This document shows, one piece after another, positions 48,913-56,896 of a DNA stretch of 64,000 nt. The notes under the pieces were generated by a model that worked only from the letters and a program-made list of their open reading frames with translations, did not search any database and was not told where the DNA came from. Position 1 is the stretch's first letter. Every line of letters starts with the position of its first letter. The stretch lies in assembly GCA_005880985.1 (NCBI GenBank), contig VBIQ01000009.1, forward strand, positions 29,025 to 93,024, in the 5' to 3' direction. Source of the stretch: Chloroflexota bacterium. GTDB lineage: Bacteria > Chloroflexota > Dormibacteria > Aeolococcales > Aeolococcaceae. Made by a program: the position numbers and the translations under genes.

Positions 48913-49224
48913 ATCCACAGGCTTTTCCATCTTCCTTTCCACATAGGACATCGGCCACACTGTCCTGGATGGAAGCCTCCCGTCCGACCGTCACGTCGGC
49001 GGCGATCTCAATCTTTGTGGGCAGGGATCACCTGCAGGGTGTGCTGCCCACCCCCGCACTTGGCGCCGTGCCTCCGCTTCGCGCCGCTCCCAGTCGATCG
49101 AAGGGCGTGACCCCCGGCCCGAAGTAGACCGCTCCATCTTCGGGGCACCGCGCGTCCTTCGATTACCCCCACTGTCTCCGACGGGGCTTCCAACTGAGAG
49201 CCAGTAGAGGTCTCGGCACGGCTT

Positions 49225-50400
49225 CTACGGCGGCACCGACTCGACAGTGCCGTCGTCTCCGCGGCGCAGCGGCCGGCCCCCCTCGTGCACCTGTCGATGA
49301 TGACGACGGCAGAGCAGTACAAGATTTCCAAGTTTGGTCGCTCCACCGTCGGCCCAGTGCTTGATGTGGTGCGCGTCGGTCCAGTCGGCAGGACGGTCGC
49401 ACCCCACGAACTGGCATCCCCGATCGCGGAGGATGAGAGCTCGCCGGATCGCAGGCGGGACGCTGCGAGTGGAGCGGCCAGCATCGAGCGGGTTCCCCGC
49501 GGCGTCGACCGAGATGCGAGTAACCGACGCGTCGCAGGCGAGGCGACGTGCCGTCTCGGCGGGAATGACGCCCGCCCACGCGAGCTCGGCACCAGGCGAT
49601 CCCGGTTGCCGTTGCAAGGTTGCCATTGGCGCCGTCACGGTGAGATGGGGGCGGACACCGTGCGCCGTGGGCAGCTCGCCGGAGTTCAGCGACCGCCTTG
49701 CCAGCTCGACAAGGGCGTCGGCACGGCGTCGGGCCGGGGTGAGCTCGGAGTCGCGACGCGGTGGCATGAGAGCCTCGAGCGCGGTCCGCAAGCAGGCGCC
49801 ACCCTCGGCATCGAGCACACCGTCGAGGACGAACAGGCCGTCCATCGTTTGGCTGAGGTGCAGCCGCCAGCGCTCATGGTTTGCGTTGGCATCAGACAGA
49901 GAGCCATCGGGATCCACGCAGTGGCGCGCATGTGCTGCGACGATGCGCATCTGCTCCGGTCGAAGCCGGGTGGCACTGTCGGCGAGGATGTTGTCAACTC
50001 GCTGGATGGCCTCGATTCCGGCGGAACCGGCGGTGCGAGCGACCACGGCGGCGTTCTGAAAGCCGATGTCGCCGCGACGGAATCCAGCCCATGTGGCGGG
50101 TAGGCTCGGCAACTGGCGCGCGATCTCTTCTCGCTGTACCGCTGCGGCTCCCGACAACCCGCATTCGCGTCGGAGCCAACCTACGGTCGACAGCGCGTTG
50201 TCGGCTAGGTACTCCTGCGCCACGGCGAACCGCGAGAGCGTGTCGGCGAATTCAGCCTCCAGGCGATCGATGGACCGCCGAATATGGCGACGACGGTCGC
50301 CCAAGCCGGCGGTTTGCCCGCCGAGGCGGTCGCGGGCGAGCTCGTCGATGGCGGCCTCGAGCGCCTCGAACTTCGGGTCCCGGATCGGCGGCTCCAGCAT
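49225..50400 (-). CDS. DUF222 + HNH endonuclease protein (REP13E12-like selfish-element family)
   Basis: C-terminal 'CQFVGCDRPADWTDAHHIKHWADGGATKLGNLVLLCRRHHRQVH'. Start set at 'MLEPPIRD' so that the SOS box lies upstream. Confidence 0.85.
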   Translation of the reverse strand: MLEPPIRDPKFEALEAAIDELARDRLGGQTAGLGDRRRHIRRSIDRLEAEFADTLSRFAVAQEYLADNALSTVGWLRRECGLSGAAAVQREEIARQLPSLPATWAGFRRGDIGFQNAAVVARTAGSAGIEAIQRVDNILADSATRLRPEQMRIVAAHARHCVDPDGSLSDANANHERWRLHLSQTMDGLFVLDGVLDAEGGACLRTALEALMPPRRDSELTPARRRADALVELARRSLNSGELPTAHGVRPHLTVTAPMATLQRQPGSPGAELAWAGVIPAETARRLACDASVTRISVDAAGNPLDAGRSTRSVPPAIRRALILRDRGCQFVGCDRPADWTDAHHIKHWADGGATKLGNLVLLCRRHHRQVHEGGRPLRRGDDGTVESVPP

Positions 50401-50422
50401 GGCGACCACCACAGAATTGTAG

Positions 50423-50438
50423 CAGAACACTTGTTCGT
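50423..50438. promoter_or_regulatory. LexA/SOS (Cheo-type) box caGAACacttGTTCgt upstream of the HNH gene
   Basis: GAAC-N4-GTTC palindrome read directly, starting 23 nt upstream of the proposed ATG at 50400. Confidence 0.55.
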
Positions 50439-50542
50439 AGGGCAAGTCCCCAGAGGGGCCGGGCCGGGGCCCGAACCCTTGGTGCGCTCGCCGCCTGCCG
50501 CCGGCACGGCGTCGTGAGACGCTACGGCCACACTCGCCCCAG

Positions 50543-50616
50543 GGGCGGATAGCTCAGCTGGTCAGAGCGTCTCGCTTACACCGAGAAGGCCGCAGGTTCG
50601 AGTCCTGCTCCGCCCA
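50543..50616 (+). tRNA. tRNA-Val (anticodon TAC)
   Basis: 74 nt. Acceptor GGGCGGA/TCCGCCC plus discriminator A; D-arm AGCTCAGCTGGTCAGAGC; anticodon stem TCTCG/CGAGA with loop CT-TAC-AC; T-arm GCAGG-TTCGAGT-CCTGC. No encoded CCA. Confidence 0.93.
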
Positions 50617-50660
50617 GGGTGCGCGCTCCCCGGATCGAAGATCAACGGCCTGCTAGGCGC

Positions 50661-50697
50661 GGGTCGGTCACGCTAGCTGCGCTCACGTGACCGACCC
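50661..50697. terminator. 12-bp perfect inverted repeat, bidirectional terminator candidate between tRNA-Val and the convergent repeat-protein gene
   Basis: gggtcggtcacg-(13 nt)-cgtgaccgaccc, read directly. Confidence 0.5.
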
Positions 50698-50710
50698 ACG
50701 CCCCGAGCGC

Positions 50711-53287
50711 CTACCCCCTGCAGACGACCGCCACTACGGTGCCGGTACCCGGGTGGCCCGGGTCGGGCGCATAGCCGGGATTGTTCTTCACGATCACGAT
50801 CTCTTTGATGTCTCCGCTGACGACGGATCCGGATTGTGTGATCTTGCTGGAGACGATCACGCCCATAAACTCGGGAACGCTCGGCGGTGGCGGTGTCGCG
50901 TTGCCGGTGTCCGTGGTCCAGCTTCCACCACAAGCAGGCGGAAGCCCCAGTGGATTGTCTTCGAATCCAGAGAAACCCTTCATCGTGGTGGGCGCCGGTC
51001 CCCCGCTCATGGGGTTCAGCTGCGCCCACTGATTGCTCCACCAGCTGACGGAGTTCAGTAGCGTAGCCTCAAGGTCACCGATGACGAAGGTAGCTTGGTT
51101 GCTCGTTGGAAAGGCGAAGACGATCACAGTGCACGTGGCGGTGGTCGAACTGCCGCCGACGTCCTTGATCGTCGTCGCGATCGTGAAGCTGCCAGTCGAT
51201 GTGTAGGTATGCCTGCCGCTCACGGTGTACGGCGCGGTGCCAGGTCCGCCGGTGATCGTGCCAGACGAGCTTGGACCGTCGCCCCAGCTGATCGTTGCTG
51301 AGAAGTCGTTCAGCGCCCCGGTCGAACTCGCGTCGGTGAACGTCGCGGTCGGTCCAGTGTAGGATTGCTGCGTGAACTGTGGCATGGCGCAGTTCGAAGA
51401 AAGGGCGGCGTCGCCAACGTTGGCAGTCGAGTGGGCCGTGGCGGAGTTGCTCGAGTTGTCAACGTCGGTGATGGTGACCGTGACCGGGTATGTCGACTCT
51501 TCGGCATAGGTGTGGGTTCCGCTCACCGAGAAGGTTCCGCTCGCACCGGAGACCGTTCCGGTCGTGGTACCCGTTGCGTCCCCCCAATCGATGGTGGCGG
51601 AGTACTCGCTCGACATCGCCGCGGTATCCGGATCGGTGAAGGTCGCGACCTTGCCGGAGAACGACTGGCCCTCGGTGGGCGCAAAGGTGGTCCCCGACGC
51701 CCTGATTGCAGGGTCGCTCGGCCGCGGGGCGACCAGGGTTACGCCATTCGGCGGGTAGAGGACCGTGTAGTTGGTCCCACCGAAGTTGAAGGTCGCGAAG
51801 GTCCCGCTGCGACCGCCCGCACAGGAGATGATCGGCCAGGTGCTCCCGAACGTTGGCGTGCCTAGGGTGGTGACCTGCAAGGTTCCATCGACGCTCACTG
51901 CCTCACCGCAGAAAATGCCTGTGAACGTGTTGTGGACGGCGTCCACGGTGACGCCTAGCGTTGCCGGTGACCCCTGGGCGTAAGACCCGGGGCCGCCCAG
52001 GGTTGAGCCGGGCTCGACGATCACCGTGTCGTTGGTGTTGGTGAGCGTCCTGCTGCCCTGGATCGTGACGGTGCCCTGGTTGTCGAACAGCCCGGCCCCA
52101 TCCAGGTGTAGGACGAGGTTGCTGCCGTTGTGGTTGACGTTGATCGTCCCCTTGTTGGTGACCGAACCCGTGAGCTCGCGGTCCCCTCGACAGCAGCCGG
52201 TGGTGGCTATGGTGCCGGTATTGGTCAGCGTCGAGCCCGACGGGATGACGAGCTGTGCCGTACCGCCGCAACCGTCGTCCGCATTGCCCAGGTTGATTGT
52301 CCCGGCATTGGTCATGCTCCCAGCCAGGTTGGCCACTGAGCTGACCACCCCGCAGCCGTGGATGTTGATCGTCATCGTCTGAGCGGCGGCGATGGTCGAA
52401 CCGCTGATCGTGTTCGGCCCGCCGTCGCCCCGAAGGTCGAAGGTACTGGCGCCGCTGCCAGTGAAGCGCAGTGTGGCACCGCCGTTGACCAGAACCGGGT
52501 TACCAGTCGTCGTACCGGCGCTCTGGGTGAAGGTGTTGCCGTTGTTCAGGATCAGCTGGCCGGTGATGCCATTGCCAGCGATCGAGCCCCCTGAATCGTT
52601 GCGGAACTCGAGGCCGGTGCCTCCGGAGACTACGAGCGTTCTGCTGTCCCCGATTGTGACGGTGCCCTGGTTGTCGAACAGCCCGGCCCCATCCAGGTGT
52701 AGGAAGAGGTTGCTGCCGTTGTGGTTGACGTTGACCGTCCCCTTGTTGGTGACCGAACCCGTGAGCTCGCGGTCCCCTCGACAGCAGCCGGTGGTGGCGA
52801 TGGTGCCGGTGTTGGTCAGTGTGAAAGGGGAGATGATGGTGAGCTGGGCGGTGCCGCCACAAGCATCGTTGATATTGGCGAGGTTGATCGTGCCGGCGTT
52901 GCTGGAGTCGCCGTAGAGGGTGAGGAAGGCGCTGATGGCGCCGCAGTTGAGTTCATCGATGCTGAGAGTGGGCCCAGCTTCGATCGTGAGCGACTTGGCC
53001 TGCACGCTTTCGCCGATGATCGAAACGGTGTACGAGCCCAGGGGAAGGCACGCGTTGGAGCTCGATGTCGGAACGCCCGCGGACCAGTTGCCGGGGGTAG
53101 TCCAACGGCCGTCGCCGGCGACGCCGGTCCACGCGGTGTCGCAGACAGCCGCGCGTACCTGTGGGGCGCTCGCCACGGCCAGCGTAGCTGCCAGCGTGGC
53201 AGCAGCGGTGAGGAGCGCAGCCCAACGGCGGCTCCGGGTGGCGGATCGGGGTAGCCGTACGCGGTGGAAGAATCGGTTCCCATCCAT
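50711..53287 (-). CDS. Large secreted repeat protein: duplicated Cys-containing beta-helix-like modules + two PKD-like domains + unknown C-terminal domain
   Basis: Start at 'MDGNRFF...' with signal peptide '...AATLAATLAVASAPQVRA'. Gly/Thr/Asn-rich beta-solenoid-like repeats. 'ATIDWGD...GTHTY...VTVTITD' and 'ATISWGDG...GRHTY...TTIKD' are PKD-like. No LPXTG motif or TM anchor seen. Confidence 0.8.
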   Translation of the reverse strand: MDGNRFFHRVRLPRSATRSRRWAALLTAAATLAATLAVASAPQVRAAVCDTAWTGVAGDGRWTTPGNWSAGVPTSSSNACLPLGSYTVSIIGESVQAKSLTIEAGPTLSIDELNCGAISAFLTLYGDSSNAGTINLANINDACGGTAQLTIISPFTLTNTGTIATTGCCRGDRELTGSVTNKGTVNVNHNGSNLFLHLDGAGLFDNQGTVTIGDSRTLVVSGGTGLEFRNDSGGSIAGNGITGQLILNNGNTFTQSAGTTTGNPVLVNGGATLRFTGSGASTFDLRGDGGPNTISGSTIAAAQTMTINIHGCGVVSSVANLAGSMTNAGTINLGNADDGCGGTAQLVIPSGSTLTNTGTIATTGCCRGDRELTGSVTNKGTINVNHNGSNLVLHLDGAGLFDNQGTVTIQGSRTLTNTNDTVIVEPGSTLGGPGSYAQGSPATLGVTVDAVHNTFTGIFCGEAVSVDGTLQVTTLGTPTFGSTWPIISCAGGRSGTFATFNFGGTNYTVLYPPNGVTLVAPRPSDPAIRASGTTFAPTEGQSFSGKVATFTDPDTAAMSSEYSATIDWGDATGTTTGTVSGASGTFSVSGTHTYAEESTYPVTVTITDVDNSSNSATAHSTANVGDAALSSNCAMPQFTQQSYTGPTATFTDASSTGALNDFSATISWGDGPSSSGTITGGPGTAPYTVSGRHTYTSTGSFTIATTIKDVGGSSTTATCTVIVFAFPTSNQATFVIGDLEATLLNSVSWWSNQWAQLNPMSGGPAPTTMKGFSGFEDNPLGLPPACGGSWTTDTGNATPPPPSVPEFMGVIVSSKITQSGSVVSGDIKEIVIVKNNPGYAPDPGHPGTGTVVAVVCRG
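52065..52228 (-). repeat. Internal near-identical repeat, copy 1 (pairs with 52656-52819)
   Basis: 164 nt with 4 mismatches to copy 2 by eye. Encodes 'LTNTGTIATTGCCRGDRELTGSVTNKGT[VI]NVNHNGSNL[FV]LHLDGAGLFDNQGTVT'. Confidence 0.9.
52656..52819 (-). repeat. Internal near-identical repeat, copy 2 (period 591 nt = 197 codons)
   Basis: See copy 1. Flanking module sequence is only loosely similar. Confidence 0.9.
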
Positions 53288-53850
53288 CCGGAAGCTCCCT
53301 CCCGTCCTCGGCGGCTTGGGTGGTGTTCGGCTAGCAAGAAACCCACCATCCGCGCTATTCACGTCGATCGCGGCAATCGAGGCAATCGCTTGTTCAACGC
53401 CTGGGCCTCGGTTTTCTTGCGCTGCTTTCCGTGCGGAGGAGCTTCGCTGCTGAGCCGGAGGTCGAAGGGCGAGCTGCTAACTCGGTCACCGCCTCCGGCG
53501 GTGGGACTCCTTGCGGCTCCAGGACCAGTCGGGCTCGGCGTCGACGTAGATCCGCTCCGCCATCGGTCCTGCGAGGTCAATGGTCATCGCCTCGCTAGCC
53601 AAGGCGCCGCGGGGGTGAGGGTGTGCCTGCCCTCCGTCTGGCCCCTTGGCCGTTGTTGAGAGGCTCATACCCGTCGCTCAGTCCCAGCCCGCCGCCCTGG
53701 CGAGCCCGACCAGCAGCTCCTTCACTCCTGCGAAGTTTGAATAAGACACCGCTCCGCCCACCCGCAGCAATCCGTCCGTCCCGTGTGATCCAAACACGAC
53801 GCGGCCGTCCGGTCGGGAGGCTGCGGCACACGGCAGGCGTCGCGCGATGC

Positions 53851-54660
53851 CTACAGGGTGACGACCTCGACGCTGTGCTTAGTGGCGCTCTCCACCATCT
53901 CCGGCGGAAAGGCATCGGGGTAGTGCAGGTCCGGAAGCTCCGCGTACCGCGGGGAGTACTGGGTAGCGCCCTTCTTCAGTTGGTAGCGGTGTCCAACCAT
54001 GTCCGCGAGGAACTGATTTGTGGCAAAGCGGTCGCGCTGACCGGTCGAGAAGAAGAGTGCGTACTTCGCTTCCCTCGTCTGTCGCCTCATGGGGGTGCTG
54101 CGATGAACCGCGCGCCCGTGCCATATCACCAGGTCTCCCGCTCGGATGCGTAGGGTGTGCTTCGCGCGCGGCATGAGAAGGCGACGAGCGAACTGCACGC
54201 CATAGTAGCCAAAGGGCGATCGGCCGCTGATGAATCGAAGCACCGGCCTGTGCGACCCGCTGATCACATCCAGTCCACCACCGAGCTCTCGGTCGTTGTC
54301 CTGCAGATAGATCACGCATTGGAAGTGCAGGAAACCCGGCTTCCATACGTACCTCTTGTCAGGGCCGGCAAAGGCTGGGTCGATGTGCCATCCGACATAG
54401 AGGTTCTTCCTGACGATAAAGTTTGGGTAGAGGACGTACGACTCGCCGTAGACTGTTTTCAAAAGCGCGACCACGTCCTCGCGCAGAGGAATACGGGCGA
54501 GCTCCGGAGTGCGAAGGAACACCGACGCTGGCATCTCGTCTGTGTCCGCCGCCCCAAACCACTCGTCACAGAAATCCCGCAGGCGCCCGATCTCGTCTGG
54601 AGTGAGCACGCCAGACACAACGGAATAGCCGCGGCTTCGGAGTTCGTGAGCTGCCGACAA
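53851..54660 (-). CDS. PhyH-family Fe(II)/2-oxoglutarate dioxygenase
   Basis: 269 aa; 'WHIDPAF' (HxD), 'GGLDVISGSH', 'WHGRAVHRS'. More A/T-ending codons than in flanking core genes. Confidence 0.75.
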   Translation of the reverse strand: MSAAHELRSRGYSVVSGVLTPDEIGRLRDFCDEWFGAADTDEMPASVFLRTPELARIPLREDVVALLKTVYGESYVLYPNFIVRKNLYVGWHIDPAFAGPDKRYVWKPGFLHFQCVIYLQDNDRELGGGLDVISGSHRPVLRFISGRSPFGYYGVQFARRLLMPRAKHTLRIRAGDLVIWHGRAVHRSTPMRRQTREAKYALFFSTGQRDRFATNQFLADMVGHRYQLKKGATQYSPRYAELPDLHYPDAFPPEMVESATKHSVEVVTL

Positions 54661-54823
54661 CTCGAAGGCCTCCCAAGTGGGCTACCCTAGCGCCTCCACG
54701 AGTCTAGCCGAACTCATTACCACCCTCAGCAACCCAGACACCTCGAGCGTACCTGGCATACGGCACCCTTTCGGCCGGAGTGCGCAGTGGAATACTCTGA
54801 CTGGTAGTGGACGCGAGGCCAGC

Positions 54824-55564
54824 ATGAACGAGCGGGACAATCTCTTCACCACCACCGAGCCGAGCGTGGGCGACTTCCACTTTGGCGAAGACGTTGCTCG
54901 GGTCTTCGATGACATGGTCAGTCGGAGCGTGCCGTTCTATCGGGAGCTCCAGCGGATGGTTGTGGAGCTGGCTCGGATGTTTGCGAGGAGTGGGACGCGG
55001 GTGTACGATCTCGGCTGCTCCACCGGGACCACTCTAATTCAGCTGGCGCAGGCCTGCCGCAGCCTCGATGTCCAGCTCGTGGGCGTGGATAACTCCGAGC
55101 CCATGCTGGTACGAGCGCGGGAGAAGCTTGCGGGGGCTAAATGCCTCGACCGCTGCGTCCTCACGAACGCTGACCTCGACGACCTGCGTGTCGAAAACGC
55201 CAGCGTGATTCTCATGATCCTGACCCTCCAGTTCATTCGGCCGGCTCGGCGGGAGACGCTGATCCGGCGGCTCGCCGAGGGACTGGTGGGCGACGGCGCG
55301 CTGATCCTGGTCGAGAAGACTGTCTCTGCCGATCCGATGGTCAACAAGATGTTCATCGACTACTACCACGACTTCAAAAGACGCCAAGGCTATTCTCAGC
55401 TCGAGGTTGCCCGGAAGCGGGATGCCCTCGAGGATGTCCTCATCCCGTACCGGCTCGATGAGACCGTGGAGCTGTTGATGCACAACGGGTTCGCGACTGT
55501 CGAGGTGTTCTTTCGTTGGTACAACTTCGCAGGAATCCTTGCCGTCAGCAGAACGCCGGCCTAG
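54824..55564 (+). CDS. cmoA: Carboxy-S-adenosyl-L-methionine (Cx-SAM) synthase CmoA homolog
   Basis: 246 aa, collinear by eye with E. coli CmoA: 'F..DVARVFDDMVSRSVPFY', 'VYDLGCSTG', 'VDNSEPM', 'ENASVILMILTLQF', 'HDFKRRQGYSQLEVARKRDALEDV', 'WYNFAGILA'. Confidence 0.85.
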   Translation: MNERDNLFTTTEPSVGDFHFGEDVARVFDDMVSRSVPFYRELQRMVVELARMFARSGTRVYDLGCSTGTTLIQLAQACRSLDVQLVGVDNSEPMLVRAREKLAGAKCLDRCVLTNADLDDLRVENASVILMILTLQFIRPARRETLIRRLAEGLVGDGALILVEKTVSADPMVNKMFIDYYHDFKRRQGYSQLEVARKRDALEDVLIPYRLDETVELLMHNGFATVEVFFRWYNFAGILAVSRTPA

Positions 55565-55569
55565 AGCAG

Positions 55570-56616
55570 ATGCGAGATCGCTGGCCTGGCGAGAGCACCC
55601 GCTTGCAGCGCAAGCCAGGCGCGCTCGCGCGTGCAGCGATCAAGGGCGCCTGGCTTCTCTACCGGCTGGTGCCGCCGTCTCTGCGGTCCCGACTAGGCGG
55701 CGTCGGGCGCGGCGCCGTTCACGCATTGGTAGAGGCTGACCTGTTCCCCGCCGCGTCCTTCTCGCTTCGGCACAACGGGACGAGCTTCAAGCTATATGTG
55801 GTCAAGGATCGGTTCTGGGCTTTCAGCGCCTACTCGAGGTGGGCTGATGGTACGGCAGTCTACGAACGCGTCATGCTGGAGTGCCTGACGCGTCTTCTTC
55901 GGGGGATGGCGCATCCGGGGTTCATTGACGTCGGGGCGTTCATGGGGCATTACGCCTGCTATGCGACCGCTCTCCTCGGTGACAAAGAAGAGACCTATGC
56001 GATCGAGAGCAATCCTCAGTACTACTCGGCGCTCCTGCGGTCGATCGAGCTCAACGGATTCTCAAAGCTCAAGGCGTTCAATGTCGTGCTCTCCGACAGA
56101 GTCGAAGCTGCCGGCATCGACAAGCAGACCGTCCTGCTCTTCGAGCCGCAGGAGACGCGGACCCACAGCATGACGCTGGACGAGCTGTGCCGGCGCGAGG
56201 GCATCCGGCCCAAGATCGTCAAGATCGACGTGCATGGGAGCGAGGGGAAGGTGCTCCTGGGGATGGGGGACATCATGAGCGAGTGTCTCGAGTACATCTT
56301 GCTCGAACTCTCTCCGCTGGACGTACTGCGGCAATACTCCGGAGCCATGGGTAGGTCGGATATCCTGACGCACCTCGAGCAGCACGGCTTCCACGTATTC
56401 CACATGGCGGGGCATCGATACCCGGGTTCCGAGGGGCTGCGGCAGGCACTCGAGGCGGGCTTCGCCTACCGACGCTTGAATGCCAAGAGCAGTGACCTCC
56501 TGCTGTTTGATAGGCCACAGGACGTATTCGTGCTGTGCAGCAAGAGGGCCGACCTGGAGACGATTCTGGGACCGAGCGTCGCGGATCCAGGGCTCGAACT
56601 GGATAGCCTAGTCTGA
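55570..56616 (+). CDS. FkbM-family (Methyltransf_21) SAM-dependent methyltransferase
   Basis: 'FIDVGAFMGHYACYA', 'YAIESNPQYY..L..SIELNG', 'VKIDVHGSEGKVLLG'. The ATG lies 5 nt after the cmoA stop. Confidence 0.75.
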   Translation: MRDRWPGESTRLQRKPGALARAAIKGAWLLYRLVPPSLRSRLGGVGRGAVHALVEADLFPAASFSLRHNGTSFKLYVVKDRFWAFSAYSRWADGTAVYERVMLECLTRLLRGMAHPGFIDVGAFMGHYACYATALLGDKEETYAIESNPQYYSALLRSIELNGFSKLKAFNVVLSDRVEAAGIDKQTVLLFEPQETRTHSMTLDELCRREGIRPKIVKIDVHGSEGKVLLGMGDIMSECLEYILLELSPLDVLRQYSGAMGRSDILTHLEQHGFHVFHMAGHRYPGSEGLRQALEAGFAYRRLNAKSSDLLLFDRPQDVFVLCSKRADLETILGPSVADPGLELDSLV

Positions 56617-56896
56617 GCTACCCCGCTTTTTGCCAGCAGTTCCATCCCCGTTCTGGTGACGCGCTCGCGCACGCGCTGTGGAGAACGCCGCCATCTCGGC
56701 ACTGTCCAGGACACCGGCGAGCACAATGTGATCGCGGTAGTGGTGGACCATCGGCTGAAGACGTTTGAAGTAGCCATCACATCCGATGACGACTGAACGG
56801 GGGCGGTGCCCGTAGCGCCGTCCCCGTTCTCTACCTGCAGGCCGCCCCACCGTGGGTGACGCGGCCGCCGCAGTGGCCCCTATGCTGGGGACCGCG

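Noticed and set aside
52150-52770. The RGD tripeptide in both repeat modules as an integrin-binding or host-adhesion motif.
   Set aside because: A tripeptide embedded in a conserved 'CCRGDRE' core is more likely structural. Nothing in the window indicates a eukaryote-associated lifestyle.
53486-53668. Small ORFs in the 53.3-53.85 kb spacer, for example 'MTIDLAGPMAERIYVDAEPDWSWSRKESHRRRR'.
   Set aside because: No SD, no recognisable family, and mutually overlapping frames. They are treated as non-coding or decayed sequence apart from the C-terminal fragment reported as a finding.
53718-53760. Possible attR-like repeat of the tRNA-Val 3' end. A 10-nt exact match, gctccgccca, occurs at 53751-53760 and at 50607-50616. 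A nearby 'ttcactcctgc' also resembles the T-arm 'ttcgagtcctgc'.
   Set aside because: The match is only 10 nt in GC-rich DNA and is interrupted by unrelated sequence. It falls inside what looks like a coding remnant ('GGAVSY'), and no integrase is present. It cannot be distinguished from chance without a proper alignment and comparative genomes.
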